In this document: positions 26,567-40,933 of the stretch, piece by piece
How positions within the stretch are numbered: the first letter of the stretch is position 1
How the letters are laid out: each line of letters opens with the position of its first letter
Source of the DNA: Lingula anatina
Lineage: Eukaryota; Animalia; Brachiopoda
Direction: 5' to 3'
DNA: 64,000 nucleotides
Assembly (NCBI GenBank): GCA_051362555.1
Contig: CM120646.1
Coordinates: 10,664,001 to 10,728,000, forward strand
The notes under the pieces: model-generated
What the model saw: only the letters and a program-made list of their open reading frames with translations
What the model was told of the DNA's origin: nothing
The model's database searches: none
Translations under genes and position numbers: made by a program

Positions 26567-26795
26567 AGTACCCTTATCATGAAAAAGCAGACAGTGAAAG
26601 CCGGGATCAAGAGCAGCACCATGTCTTGTCCATGTGTACAATACATGATATGAAGCAAGATTTAGTGCATTGTCAAGTATTGTGGTAGCAGCAACCCATT
26701 CCAGAAACCCATTGTAAGGAGGAATCTGCATCTGGCATTGATAGTAAGGAGAAGTCCTGTATGGGTATATATTGTTTTCCAGATGACAGTTCTAG
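26567..26795 (+). repeat. Cassette 17 core (type B, donor GTCATT)
   Basis: Type B markers. Confidence 0.85.
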
Positions 26796-27379
26796 GTCAT
26801 TTGCAACCTCGTACACAAACAATCTCAAATCACCACATTTGCTGTTTTCTTTATTGGTAAACAATACATTGCAATATTGAAATATTTTTTGGTTAATTCT
26901 CACTCTTATGATTATCAATTTTCAATAAACTTGACACTAAAAAAAAACACAGATAACTGATCAGCTTATCACAGATTTTTGTTGTTGTTAAGCATCATTT
27001 GTGAAAATTTCACAAACGCTGGACAAGATTTAAAAAAATTATTAACATTTAACTTTTTTAAGTCATGGAATTTGCCATTCTTTTTAATGTAATTTTTCAG
27101 TTTTCTCAATATATTGTCCGAAGAAAATACTTTTCATTAGACACAGTCAACTGATCAGCTTATCACAGATTTTTATTGTTGTTAAGCATCATTTGTACAA
27201 ATTTCAGAAATATTGGACAAGATTTGACAAAATTATTAATGTTTAACTATTTTAAGTCTAGGGATTTGCCAGTCTTTTTAATGTCATTTTGAGTTTTCCC
27301 AAATATATTTTCCAAAGAAGACACTTTCTATTAGACACAGTCAACTGATCAGCTTATCACAGATTTTTATTGTTGTTAA

Positions 27380-28362
27380 GGCCACACTTTTTTAATTTTA
27401 TGGATGACATCCTGCGCGCGCACCGATTTTCGCCCGTTCTCCGAAAAAAAAAAAAAAATCCCCCCCCCCCAGCCCCCAACGAAGTCGGTTGCCGCAAACG
27501 TCGTTATTGAATTTGCCAGGAAATTAGCTTTCTGCGCATGCGTATTATTGCCATGTGGAAATGTGGCCGCTTTGCCGTCAAATTCATCTCTAGGATAACT
27601 TTCAAATTACACGACAATTAAAGTCATAAAGAGAACGGGTGCCGTCGTTTTGGATTGGTATGCCATTGATATTGGACATGGAGATATCACCTTTTTACAA
27701 TTGTGCGAAAGGCTGGCGGCCGCCAGCGATTATCGCCCGAAAAATTTCAGTGACATTCTGTACAAAGCAGCACATAGTCTACCAGGTTTTCTGTAGCGAA
27801 AAAAGGGTCGACAAGGGCGTCGAGGTATTTGGTGGGCTGAAGGTCGGACAGGCCACCTGACAGTTTGGCCGTGTGAGTCAAAGTAGACAAAATGGCATCG
27901 TCCGAAATGACCTTTGATAGATTTGGTAGTATTAAGCATATCTTTGCATCATTTTTTTAAACATTTCTGTGAAGTGTTTAAAATGCTTTAATATTTTGAG
28001 AATACGAATAAAGACACACTGTTTGTTTGATATTTGTTTTATTGATTGCTACACCAACAAAATGCATGAAATAACCTTAATAGATTTTGTAATAAAAAGT
28101 ATATCTATTCATGACTTTTTTTTACATTTCTACGAAGTATTCACAATGCTTTAATATTTTGAGAGCATGGATAAAGACATATTGTTAGTTTGATACGTGT
28201 TTCTGTGGTAAAATTTGTGTTTCCAGCTGTGTACTGACAGCATTCCTTTACTTAAGCAGTATTTTTTTTTTTTTTGGACCATTTTTTTTTTTTTTTTCGC
28301 CCTCTCGCACCGATTTTGGGGTACCCAGAGGATGTCATCCATAAAAATAAAAAAGTGTGGCC
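27380..28362. mobile_element. Harbinger-like MITE, copy 3 (983 bp)
   Basis: Same TIRs and junctions; second SNP haplotype. Confidence 0.88.
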
Positions 28363-29806
28363 TAATGTTTAACTATTTTAAGTCTAGGGATTTGCCAGTC
28401 TTTTTAATGTCATTTTGAGTTTTCCCAAATATATTTTCCAAAGAAGACACTTTTTTTTGGCACAGTCAACTGATCAGCTTATCACAGATTTTTATTGTTG
28501 TTAAGCATCTTTTGTACCAATTTCAGAAATATTGGACAAGATTTGACAAAATTATTAACGTTTAACTATTTTAAGTCTAGGGATTTGCCAGTCTTTTTAA
28601 TGTCATTTTCAGTTTTCCCAAATATATTTTCCAAAGAAGACACTTTTTTTTTTTGACACAGTCAACTGATCAGCTTATCACAGATTTTTATTGTTGTTAA
28701 GCATCTTTTCTACCAATTTCAGAAATATTGGACAAGATTTGACAAAATTATTAACGTTTAACTATTTTAAGTCTAGGGATTTGCCAGTCTTTTTAATATA
28801 ATTTTAGTTTTCCCAAATATATTGTCCAAAGAAAATACTTCTCATTAGACACAGTCAACTGATCAGCTTATCACAGATTTTTATTGTTGTTAAGCATCTT
28901 TTGTACCAATTTCAGAAATATTGGACAAGATTTGACAAAATTATTAGCGTTTAACTATTTTGTCCTGGGATTTGCCTATCTTTTCGTTGTAATTTTGAGT
29001 TTTCCCAAATATATTTTCCAAAGAAGAAACTTTCTATTAGACAAAGTCAACCGATCAGCTTATCACAGATTTTTATTGTTGTTAAGCATCATTTGTACAA
29101 ATTTCAGAAATATTGGACAAGATTTGACAAAATTATTAACGTTTAACTATTTTAAGTCATGGAATTTGCCAGTCTTTTTAATGTAATTTTCAGTTTTCCC
29201 AAATATATTGTCCAAAGAAAATACTTCTCATTAGACACAGTCAACTGATCAGCTTATCACAGATTTTTATTGTTGTTAAGCATGATTTGTACGAATATCA
29301 GAATTATTGGACAAGATTTGTCAAAATTATTAACGTTTAACTATTTTAAGCCATGGAATTTGCCTGTCTTTTTGTTGTAATTTTGAGTTTTCCTAAATAT
29401 ATTTTCCAAAGAAGACACTTTCTATTATACACAGTCAACTGATCAGCTTATCACAGATTTTAATTGTTGTTAAGCATCTTTTATACCAATTTCGGAAATA
29501 TTGGACAAGATTTGACAAAATTATTAACGTTTAACTTTTTTAAGTCTAGGGATTTGACAGTCTTTTTAATGTAATTTTCAGTTTTCTCAAATATATTGTC
29601 CAAAGAAAATACTTTTCATTAGACACAGTCAACTGATCAGCTTATCACAGATTTTTGTTGTTGTTAAGCATCTTTTGTACCAATTTCAAAAATGTTGGAC
29701 AAGATTTGACAAAATTATTAACGTTTAACTATTTTTAGTTTTGGGATTTTCCAGTCTTTTCAATGTGATTTTCATTCTTTTTTCAGTTATATTGTTCTTT
29801 TTCCAG

Positions 29807-30038
29807 AGTACCCTTACCATGAAAAAGCAGACAGTGAAAGATGAGATGAAGAGCAGCACCATGTCTTGTCCATGTGTACAATACATGATATGAAGCAAGA
29901 TTTAGGGCATTGTCAAGTACTATTGTGCTAACAGCAACCCATTCTAGAAACCCATTGTAAGGAGGAATCTGCATCTGGCATTGATAGTAAGGAGAAGTCT
30001 TGTATGGGTATATATTGTTTTCCAGATGACAGTTCTAG
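29807..30038 (+). repeat. Cassette 18 core (type A)
   Basis: Type A, GATGAAG subtype. Confidence 0.85.
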
Positions 30039-31334
30039 GTAATTTGCAACCTCGTACACAAACAAACTCCAATCACCAAATTTGCTGTATTGTATTGGTA
30101 AACAATACATTGCAATATTGAAATATTTTTTGGTTAATTCTCACTTTTCTGATTATCAATTTTCAATAAACTTGACATTAAAAAAAACACAGATAACTGA
30201 TCAGCTTATTACTGATTTTTATTGCTGTTAAGCATCATTTGTGAAAATTTCAGAAACGCTGGACAAGATTTGACAAAATTATTATTGTTTAACTATTTTA
30301 AGTCATGGTATTTGTCAGTCTTTTTAATGTAATTTTCAGTTTTCTCAATATATTGTCCGAAGAAAATACTTTTCATTAGACACAGTCAACTGATCAGCTT
30401 ATCACAGATTTTTATTGTTGTTAAGCATCATTTGTACAAATTTCAGAAATATTGGACAAGATTTGACAAAATTATTAACGTTTAACTATTTTAAGTCTAG
30501 GCATTTGCCAGTCTTTTTAATGTCATTTTGAGTTTTCCCAAATATATTTTCCAAATAAGACACTTTTTTTGGCACAGTCAACTGATCAGCTTATCACAGA
30601 TTTTTATTGTTGTTAAGCATCATTTGTACAAATTTCAGAAATATTGGACAAGATTTGACAAAATTATTAACGTTTAACTATTTTGTCCTGGGATTTGCCA
30701 GTCTTTTCAATGTAACTTTCAATTTTCCCAAATATATTGTCCAAAGAAAATACTTCTCATTAGACACAGTCAACTGATCAGCTTATCACAGATTTTTATT
30801 GTTGTTAAGCATGATTTGTACGAATATCAGAATTATTGGACAAGATTTGTCAAAATTATTAACATTTAACTATTTTAAGCCATGGAATTTGCCTGTCTTT
30901 TCGTTGTAATTTTGAGTTTTTCTAAATATATTTTCCAAAGAAGACACTTTTTATTATACACAGTCAACTGATCAGCTTATCACAGATTTTTATTGTTGTT
31001 AAGCATTTTTGTACCAATTTCAAAAATGTTGGACAAGATTTGACAAAATTATTAACGTTTAACTTTTTTAAGTTTTGGGATTTGCCAGTCTTTTCAATGT
31101 GATTTTCAGTTTTCCCAAATATATTGTCCAAAGAAAATACTTTTCATTAGACACAGTCAACTGATCAGCTTATCACAGATTTTTATTGTTGTTAAGCATC
31201 TTTTGTACCAATTTCAAAAATGTTGGATAAGATTTGACAAAATTATTAATGTTTAACTATTTTTAGTTTTGGGATTTTCCAGTCTTTTCAATGTGATTTT
31301 CATTCTTTTTTCAGTTATATTGTTCTTTTTCTAG

Positions 31335-31566
31335 ACTACCCTTACCATGAAAAAGCAGACAGTGAAAGATGAGATCAAGAGCAGCACCATGTCTTTTCCA
31401 TGTGTACAATACATGATATGAAGCAAGATTTAGGGCATTGTCAAGTACTATTGTGCTAACAGCAACCCATTCCAGAAACCCATTGTAAGGAGGAATCTGC
31501 ATCTGGCATTGATAGTAAGGAGAAGTTTTGTATGGGTATATATTGTTTTCCAGATGACAGTTCTAG
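31335..31566 (+). repeat. Cassette 19 core (type A, TAG acceptor)
   Basis: TTTTTCTAG|ACTACC. Confidence 0.85.
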
Positions 31567-32482
31567 GTAATTTGCAACCTCGTACACAAACAAACTCAAA
31601 TCACCAAATTTGCTGTTTTCTTTATTGGTAAACAATACATTGCAATATTGAAATATTTTTTGGTTAATTCTCACTTTTTTGATTATCAATTTTCAATAAA
31701 CTTGACATTAAAAAAAACACAGATAACTGATCAGCTTATTACTGATTTTTATTGCTGTTAAGCATCATTTGTGAAAATTTCAGAAACGCTGGACAAGATT
31801 TGACAAAATTATTATTGTTTAACTATTTTAAGTCATGGTATTTGCCAGTCTTTTCAATGTAACTTTAAATTTTCCTAAATATATTGTCCAAAGAAAATAC
31901 TTCTCATTAGACACAGTCAACTGATCAGCTTATCACAGATTTTTATTGTTGTTAAGCATGATTTGTACAAATATCAGAATTATTGGACAAGATTTGTCAA
32001 AATTATTAACATTTAACTATTTTAAGCCATGGAATTTGCTTGTCTTTTCGTTGTAATTTTGAGTTTTTCTAAATATATTTTCCAAAGAAGACACTTTTTA
32101 TTATACACAGTCAACTGATCAGCTTATCACAGATTTTTATTGTTGTTAAGCATTTTTTGTACCAATTTCAAAAATGTTGGACAAGATTTGACAAAATTAT
32201 TAACGTTTAACTTTTTTAAGTTTTGGGATTTGCCAGTCTTTTCAATGTGATTTTCAGTTTTCCCAAATATATTGTCCAAAGAAAATACTTTTCATTAGAC
32301 ACAGTCAACTGATCAACTTATCACAGATTTTTATTGTTGTTAAGCATCTTTTGTACCAATTTCAAAAATGTTGGATAAGATTTGACAAAATTATTAATGT
32401 TTAACTATTTTTAGTTTTGGGATTTTCCAGTCTTTTCAATGTGATTTTCATTCTTTTTTCAGTTATATTGTTCTTTTTCCAG

Positions 32483-32714
32483 ACTACCCTTACCATGAAA
32501 AAGCAGACAGTGAAAGATGAGATCAAGAGCAGCACCATGTCTTTTCCATGTATACAATACATGATATGAAGCAAGATTTAGGGCATTGTCAAGTACTATT
32601 GTGCTAACAGCAACCCATTCCAGAAACCCATTGTAAGGAGGAATCTGCATCTGGCATTGATAGTAAGGAGAAGTCTTGTATGGGTATATATTGTTTTCCA
32701 GATGACAGTTCTAG
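32483..32714 (+). repeat. Cassette 20 core (type A)
   Basis: Type A markers. Confidence 0.85.
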
Positions 32715-34786
32715 GTAATTTGCAACCTCGTACACAAACAAACTCAAATCACCAAATTTGCTGTTTTCTTTATTGGTAAACAATACATTGCAATATTGAA
32801 ATATTTTTTGGTTAATTCTCACTTTTTTGATTATCAATTTTCAATAAACTTGACATTAAAAAAAACACAGATAACTGATCAGCTTATTACTGATTTTTAT
32901 TGCTGTTAAGCATCATTTGTGAAAATTTCAGAAACGCTGGACAAGATTTGACAAAATTATTATTGTTTAACTATTTTAAGTCATGGTATTTGTCAGTCTT
33001 TTTAATGTAATTTTCAGTTTTCTCAATATATTGTCTGAAGAAAATACTTTTCATTAGACACAGTCAACTGATCAGCTTATCACAGATTTTTATTGTTGTT
33101 AAGCATCATTTGTACAAATTTCAGAAATATTGGACAAGATTTGACAAAATTATTAACGTTTAACTATTTTAAGTCTAGGCATTTGCCAGTCTTTTTAATG
33201 TCATTTTGAGTTTTCCCAAATATATTTTCCAAAGAAGACACTTTTTTTTGGCACTCAACTGATCAGCTTATCACAGATTTTTATTGTTGTTAAGCATCTT
33301 TTGTACCAATTTCAGAAATATTGGACAAGATTTGACAAATTTATTAACGTTTAACTATTTTAAGTCTAGGGATTTGCCAGTCTTTTTAATATAATTTTCA
33401 GTTTTCCCAAATATATTTTCCAAAGAAAATACTTCTCATTAGACACAGTCAACTGATCAGCTTATCACAGATTTTTGTTGTTGTTAAGCATCTTTTGTAC
33501 AAATTTCAGAAATATTGGACAAGATTTGACAAAATTATTAACGTTTAACTATTTTGTCCTGGGATTTGCCAGTCTTTTCAATGTAACTTTAAATTTTCCT
33601 AAATATATTGTCCAAAGAAAATACTTCTCATTAGACACAGTCAACTGATCAGCTTATCACAGATTTTTATTGTTGTTAAGCATGATTTGTACGAATATCA
33701 GAATTATTGGACAAGATTTGTCAAAATTATTAACATTTAACTATTTTAAGCCATGGAATTTGCCTGTCTTTTCGTTGTAATTTTGAGTTTTTCTAAATAT
33801 ATTTTCCAAAGAAGACACTTTTTATTATACACAGTCAACTGATCAGCTTATCACAGATTTTTATTGTTGTTAAGCATCATTTGTACAAATTTCAGAAATA
33901 TTGGACAAGATTTGACAAAATTATTAATGTTTAACTATTTTAAGTCTAGGGATTTGCCAGTCTTTTTAATGTCATTTTGAGTTTTCCCAAATATATTTTC
34001 CAAAGAAGAAACTTTCTATTAGACACAGTCAACTGATCAGCTTATCACAGATTTTTATTGCTGTTAAGCATCTTTTGTACCAATTTCAGAAATATTGGAC
34101 AAGATTTGACAAAATTATTAACGTTTAACTATTTTGTCCTGGGATTTGCCAGTCTTTTCAATGTAACTTTCAATTTTCCCAAATATATTGTCCAAAGAAA
34201 ATACTTCTCATTAGACACAGTCAACTGATCAGCTTATCACAGATTTTTATTGTTGTTAAGCATCTTTTGTACCAATTTCAGAAGTATTGGACAAGATTTG
34301 ACAAAATTATTAACGTTTAACTATTTTAAGTCTAGGGATTTGCCAGTCTTTTTAATGTAATTTTCAGTTTTCCCAAATATATTGTCCTAAGAAAATACTT
34401 TTCATTAGACACAGTCAACTGATCAGCTCATCACAGATTTTTATTGTTGTTAAGCATGATTTGTACGAATATCAGAATTATTGGACAAGATTTGTCAAAA
34501 TTATTAACATTTAACTATTTTAAGCTATGGAATTTGCCTGTCTTTTCGTTGTAATTTTGCGTTTTTCTAAATATATTTTCCAAAGAAGACACTTTTTATT
34601 ATACACAGTCAACTGATCAGCTTATCACAGATTTTTATTGTTGTTAAGCATTTTTTGTACCAATTTCAAAAATGTTGGACAAGATTTGACAAAATTATTA
34701 ACGTTTAACTTTTTTAAGTTTTGGGATTTGCCAGTCTTTTCAATGTGATTTTCATTCTTTTTTCAGTTATATTGTTCTTTTTCCAG

Positions 34787-35015
34787 AGTACCCTTATCAT
34801 GAAAAAGCAGACAGTGAAAGCCGGGATCAAGAGCAGCACCATGTCTTGTCCATGTGTACAATACATGATATGAAGCAAGATTTAGTGCATTGTCAAGTAT
34901 TGTGGTAGCAGCAACCCATTCCAGAAACCCATTGTAAGGAGGAATCTGCATCTGGCATTGATAGTAAGGAGAAGTCCTGTATGGGTATATATTGTTTTCC
35001 AGATGACAGTTCTAG
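34787..35015 (+). repeat. Cassette 21 core (type B, donor GTCATT)
   Basis: Copy of cassette 17. Confidence 0.85.
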
Positions 35016-35598
35016 GTCATTTGCAACCTCGTACACAAACAATCTCAAATCACCACATTTGCTGTTTTCTTTATTGGTAAACAATACATTGCAATATTGA
35101 AATATTTTTTGGTTAATTCTCACTCTTATGATTATCAATTTTCAATAAACTTGACACTAAAAAAAAACACAGATAACTGATCAGCTTATCACAGATTTTT
35201 GTTGTTGTTAAGCATCATTTGTGAAAATTTCACAAACGCTGGACAAGATTTAAAAAAATTATTAACATTTAACTTTTTTAAGTCATGGAATTTGCCATTC
35301 TTTTTAATGTAATTTTCAGTTTTCTCAATATATTGTCCGAAGAAAATACTTTTCATTAGACACAGTCAACTGATCAGCTTATCACAGATTTTTATTGTTG
35401 TTAAGCATCATTTGTACAAATTTCAGAAATATTGGACAAGATTTGACAAAATTATTAATGTTTAACTATTTTAAGTCTAGGGATTTGCCAGTCTTTTTAA
35501 TGTCATTTTGAGTTTTCCCAAATATATTTTCCAAAGAAGACACTTTCTATTAGACACAGTCAACTGATCAGCTTATCACAGATTTTTATTGTTGTTAA

Positions 35599-36581
35599 GG
35601 CCACACTTTTTTAATTTTATGGATGACATCCTGCGCGCGCACCGATTTTCGCCCGTTCTCCGAAAAAAAAAAAAAAATCCCCCCCCCCCAGCCCCCAACG
35701 AAGTCGGTTGCCGCAAACGTCGTTATTGAATTTGCCAGGAAATTAGCTTTCTGCGCATGCGTATTATTGCCATGTGGAAATGTGGCCGCTTTGCCGTCAA
35801 ATTCATCTCTAGGATAACTTTCAAATTACACGACAATTAAAGTCATAAAGAGAACGGGTGCCGTCGTTTTGGATTGGTATGCCATTGATATTGGACATGG
35901 AGATATCACCTTTTTACAATTGTGCGAAAGGCTGGCGGCCGCCAGCGATTATCGCCCGAAAAATTTCAGTGACATTCTGTACAAAGCAGCACATAGTCTA
36001 CCAGGTTTTCTGTAGCGAAAAAAGGGTCGACAAGGGCGTCGAGGTATTTGGTGGGCTGAAGGTCGGACAGGCCACCTGACAGTTTGGCCGTGTGAGTCAA
36101 AGTAGACAAAATGGCATCGTCCGAAATGACCTTTGATAGATTTGGTAGTATTAAGCATATCTTTGCATCATTTTTTTAAACATTTCTGTGAAGTGTTTAA
36201 AATGCTTTAATATTTTGAGAATACGAATAAAGACACACTGTTTGTTTGATATTTGTTTTATTGATTGCTACACCAACAAAATGCATGAAATAACCTTAAT
36301 AGATTTTGTAATAAAAAGTATATCTATTCATGACTTTTTTTTACATTTCTACGAAGTATTCACAATGCTTTAATATTTTGAGAGCATGGATAAAGACATA
36401 TTGTTAGTTTGATACGTGTTTCTGTGGTAAAATTTGTGTTTCCAGCTGTGTACTGACAGCATTCCTTTACTTAAGCAGTATTTTTTTTTTTTTTTGGACC
36501 ATTTTTTTTTTTTTTTCGCCCTCTCGCACCGATTTTGGGGTACCCAGAGGATGTCATCCATAAAAATAAAAAAGTGTGGCC
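35599..36581. mobile_element. Harbinger-like MITE, copy 4 (983 bp)
   Basis: Copy of MITE 3 within the 8.22-kb duplication. Confidence 0.88.
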
Positions 36582-38025
36582 TAATGTTTAACTATTTTAA
36601 GTCTAGGGATTTGCCAGTCTTTTTAATGTCATTTTGAGTTTTCCCAAATATATTTTCCAAAGAAGACACTTTTTTTTGGCACAGTCAACTGATCAGCTTA
36701 TCACAGATTTTTATTGTTGTTAAGCATCTTTTGTACCAATTTCAGAAATATTGGACAAGATTTGACAAAATTATTAACGTTTAACTATTTTAAGTCTAGG
36801 GATTTGCCAGTCTTTTTAATGTCATTTTCAGTTTTCCCAAATATATTTTCCAAAGAAGACACTTTTTTTTTTTGACACAGTCAACTGATCAGCTTATCAC
36901 AGATTTTTATTGTTGTTAAGCATCTTTTCTACCAATTTCAGAAATATTGGACAAGATTTGACAAAATTATTAACGTTTAACTATTTTAAGTCTAGGGATT
37001 TGCCAGTCTTTTTAATATAATTTTAGTTTTCCCAAATATATTGTCCAAAGAAAATACTTCTCATTAGACACAGTCAACTGATCAGCTTATCACAGATTAT
37101 TATTGTTGTTAAGCATCTTTTGTACCAATTTCAGAAATATTGGACAAGATTTGACAAAATTATTAGCGTTTAACTATTTTGTCCTGGGATTTGCCTATCT
37201 TTTCGTTGTAATTTTGAGTTTTCCCAAATATATTTTCCAAAGAAGAAACTTTCTATTAGACAAAGTCAACCGATCAGCTTATCACAGATTTTTATTGTTG
37301 TTAAGCATCATTTGTACAAATTTCAGAAATATTGGACAAGATTTGACAAAATTATTAACGTTTAACTATTTTAAGTCATGGAATTTGCCAGTCTTTTTAA
37401 TGTAATTTTCAGTTTTCCCAAATATATTGTCCAAAGAAAATACTTCTCATTAGACACAGTCAACTGATCAGCTTATCACAGATTTTTATTGTTGTTAAGC
37501 ATGATTTGTACGAATATCAGAATTATTGGACAAGATTTGTCAAAATTATTAACGTTTAACTATTTTAAGCCATGGAATTTGCCTGTCTTTTTGTTGTAAT
37601 TTTGAGTTTTCCTAAATATATTTTCCAAAGAAGACACTTTCTATTATACACAGTCAACTGATCAGCTTATCACAGATTTTAATTGTTGTTAAGCATCTTT
37701 TATACCAATTTCGGAAATATTGGACAAGATTTGACAAAATTATTAACGTTTAACTTTTTTAAGTCTAGGGATTTGACAGTCTTTTTAATGTAATTTTCAG
37801 TTTTCTCAAATATATTGTCCAAAGAAAATACTTTTCATTAGACACAGTCAACTGATCAGCTTATCACAGATTTTTGTTGTTGTTAAGCATCTTTTGTACC
37901 AATTTCAAAAATGTTGGACAAGATTTGACAAAATTATTAACGTTTAACTATTTTTAGTTTTGGGATTTTCCAGTCTTTTCAATGTGATTTTCATTCTTTT
38001 TTCAGTTATATTGTTCTTTTTCCAG

Positions 38026-38257
38026 AGTACCCTTACCATGAAAAAGCAGACAGTGAAAGATGAGATGAAGAGCAGCACCATGTCTTGTCCATGTGTACAA
38101 TACATGATATGAAGCAAGATTTAGGGCATTGTCAAGTACTATTGTGCTAACAGCAACCCATTCTAGAAACCCATTGTAAGGAGGAATCTGCATCTGGCAT
38201 TGATAGTAAGGAGAAGTCTTGTATGGGTATATATTGTTTTCCAGATGACAGTTCTAG
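38026..38257 (+). repeat. Cassette 22 core (type A)
   Basis: Copy of cassette 18. Confidence 0.85.
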
Positions 38258-39553
38258 GTAATTTGCAACCTCGTACACAAACAAACTCCAATCACCAAAT
38301 TTGCTGTATTGTATTGGTAAACAATACATTGCAATATTGAAATATTTTTTGGTTAATTCTCACTTTTCTGATTATCAATTTTCAATAAACTTGACATTAA
38401 AAAAAACACAGATAACTGATCAGCTTATTACTGATTTTTATTGCTGTTAAGCATCATTTGTGAAAATTTCAGAAACGCTGGACAAGATTTGACAAAATTA
38501 TTATTGTTTAACTATTTTAAGTCATGGTATTTGTCAGTCTTTTTAATGTAATTTTCAGTTTTCTCAATATATTGTCCGAAGAAAATACTTTTCATTAGAC
38601 ACAGTCAACTGATCAGCTTATCACAGATTTTTATTGTTGTTAAGCATCATTTGTACAAATTTCAGAAATATTGGACAAGATTTGACAAAATTATTAACGT
38701 TTAACTATTTTAAGTCTAGGCATTTGCCAGTCTTTTTAATGTCATTTTGAGTTTTCCCAAATATATTTTCCAAATAAGACACTTTTTTTGGCACAGTCAA
38801 CTGATCAGCTTATCACAGATTTTTATTGTTGTTAAGCATCATTTGTACAAATTTCAGAAATATTGGACAAGATTTGACAAAATTATTAACGTTTAACTAT
38901 TTTGTCCTGGGATTTGCCAGTCTTTTCAATGTAACTTTCAATTTTCCCAAATATATTGTCCAAAGAAAATACTTCTCATTAGACACAGTCAACTGATCAG
39001 CTTATCACAGATTTTTATTGTTGTTAAGCATGATTTGTACGAATATCAGAATTATTGGACAAGATTTGTCAAAATTATTAACATTTAACTATTTTAAGCC
39101 ATGGAATTTGCCTGTCTTTTCGTTGTAATTTTGAGTTTTTCTAAATATATTTTCCAAAGAAGACACTTTTTATTATACACAGTCAACTGATCAGCTTATC
39201 ACAGATTTTTATTGTTGTTAAGCATTTTTGTACCAATTTCAAAAATGTTGGACAAGATTTGACAAAATTATTAACGTTTAACTTTTTTAAGTTTTGGGAT
39301 TTGCCAGTCTTTTCAATGTGATTTTCAGTTTTCCCAAATATATTGTCCAAAGAAAATACTTTTCATTAGACACAGTCAACTGATCAGCTTATCACAGATT
39401 TTTATTGTTGTTAAGCATCTTTTGTACCAATTTCAAAAATGTTGGATAAGATTTGACAAAATTATTAATGTTTAACTATTTTTAGTTTTGGGATTTTCCA
39501 GTCTTTTCAATGTGATTTTCATTCTTTTTTCAGTTATATTGTTCTTTTTCTAG

Positions 39554-39785
39554 ACTACCCTTACCATGAAAAAGCAGACAGTGAAAGATGAGATCAAGAG
39601 CAGCACCATGTCTTTTCCATGTGTACAATACATGATATGAAGCAAGATTTAGGGCATTGTCAAGTACTATTGTGCTAACAGCAACCCATTCCAGAAACCC
39701 ATTGTAAGGAGGAATCTGCATCTGGCATTGATAGTAAGGAGAAGTTTTGTATGGGTATATATTGTTTTCCAGATGACAGTTCTAG
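39554..39785 (+). repeat. Cassette 23 core (type A, TAG acceptor)
   Basis: Copy of cassette 19. Confidence 0.85.
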
Positions 39786-40701
39786 GTAATTTGCAACCTC
39801 GTACACAAACAAACTCAAATCACCAAATTTGCTGTTTTCTTTATTGGTAAACAATACATTGCAATATTGAAATATTTTTTGGTTAATTCTCACTTTTTTG
39901 ATTATCAATTTTCAATAAACTTGACATTAAAAAAAACACAGATAACTGATCAGCTTATTACTGATTTTTATTGCTGTTAAGCATCATTTGTGAAAATTTC
40001 AGAAACGCTGGACAAGATTTGACAAAATTATTATTGTTTAACTATTTTAAGTCATGGTATTTGCCAGTCTTTTCAATGTAACTTTAAATTTTCCTAAATA
40101 TATTGTCCAAAGAAAATACTTCTCATTAGACACAGTCAACTGATCAGCTTATCACAGATTTTTATTGTTGTTAAGCATGATTTGTACAAATATCAGAATT
40201 ATTGGACAAGATTTGTCAAAATTATTAACATTTAACTATTTTAAGCCATGGAATTTGCTTGTCTTTTCGTTGTAATTTTGAGTTTTTCTAAATATATTTT
40301 CCAAAGAAGACACTTTTTATTATACACAGTCAACTGATCAGCTTATCACAGATTTTTATTGTTGTTAAGCATTTTTTGTACCAATTTCAAAAATGTTGGA
40401 CAAGATTTGACAAAATTATTAACGTTTAACTTTTTTAAGTTTTGGGATTTGCCAGTCTTTTCAATGTGATTTTCAGTTTTCCCAAATATATTGTCCAAAG
40501 AAAATACTTTTCATTAGACACAGTCAACTGATCAACTTATCACAGATTTTTATTGTTGTTAAGCATCTTTTGTACCAATTTCAAAAATGTTGGATAAGAT
40601 TTGACAAAATTATTAATGTTTAACTATTTTTAGTTTTGGGATTTTCCAGTCTTTTCAATGTGATTTTCATTCTTTTTTCAGTTATATTGTTCTTTTTCCA
40701 G

Positions 40702-40933
40702 ACTACCCTTACCATGAAAAAGCAGACAGTGAAAGATGAGATCAAGAGCAGCACCATGTCTTTTCCATGTATACAATACATGATATGAAGCAAGATTTAG
40801 GGCATTGTCAAGTACTATTGTGCTAACAGCAACCCATTCCAGAAACCCATTGTAAGGAGGAATCTGCATCTGGCATTGATAGTAAGGAGAAGTCTTGTAT
40901 GGGTATATATTGTTTTCCAGATGACAGTTCTAG
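40702..40933 (+). repeat. Cassette 24 core (type A)
   Basis: Copy of cassette 20. Confidence 0.85.

Noticed and set aside
28884-29186. 100-aa + strand ORF (also 37103-37405)
   Set aside because: Chance read-through of satellite monomers caused by a 2-bp deletion variant and a TGA>CGA change; the peptide repeats at the monomer period.
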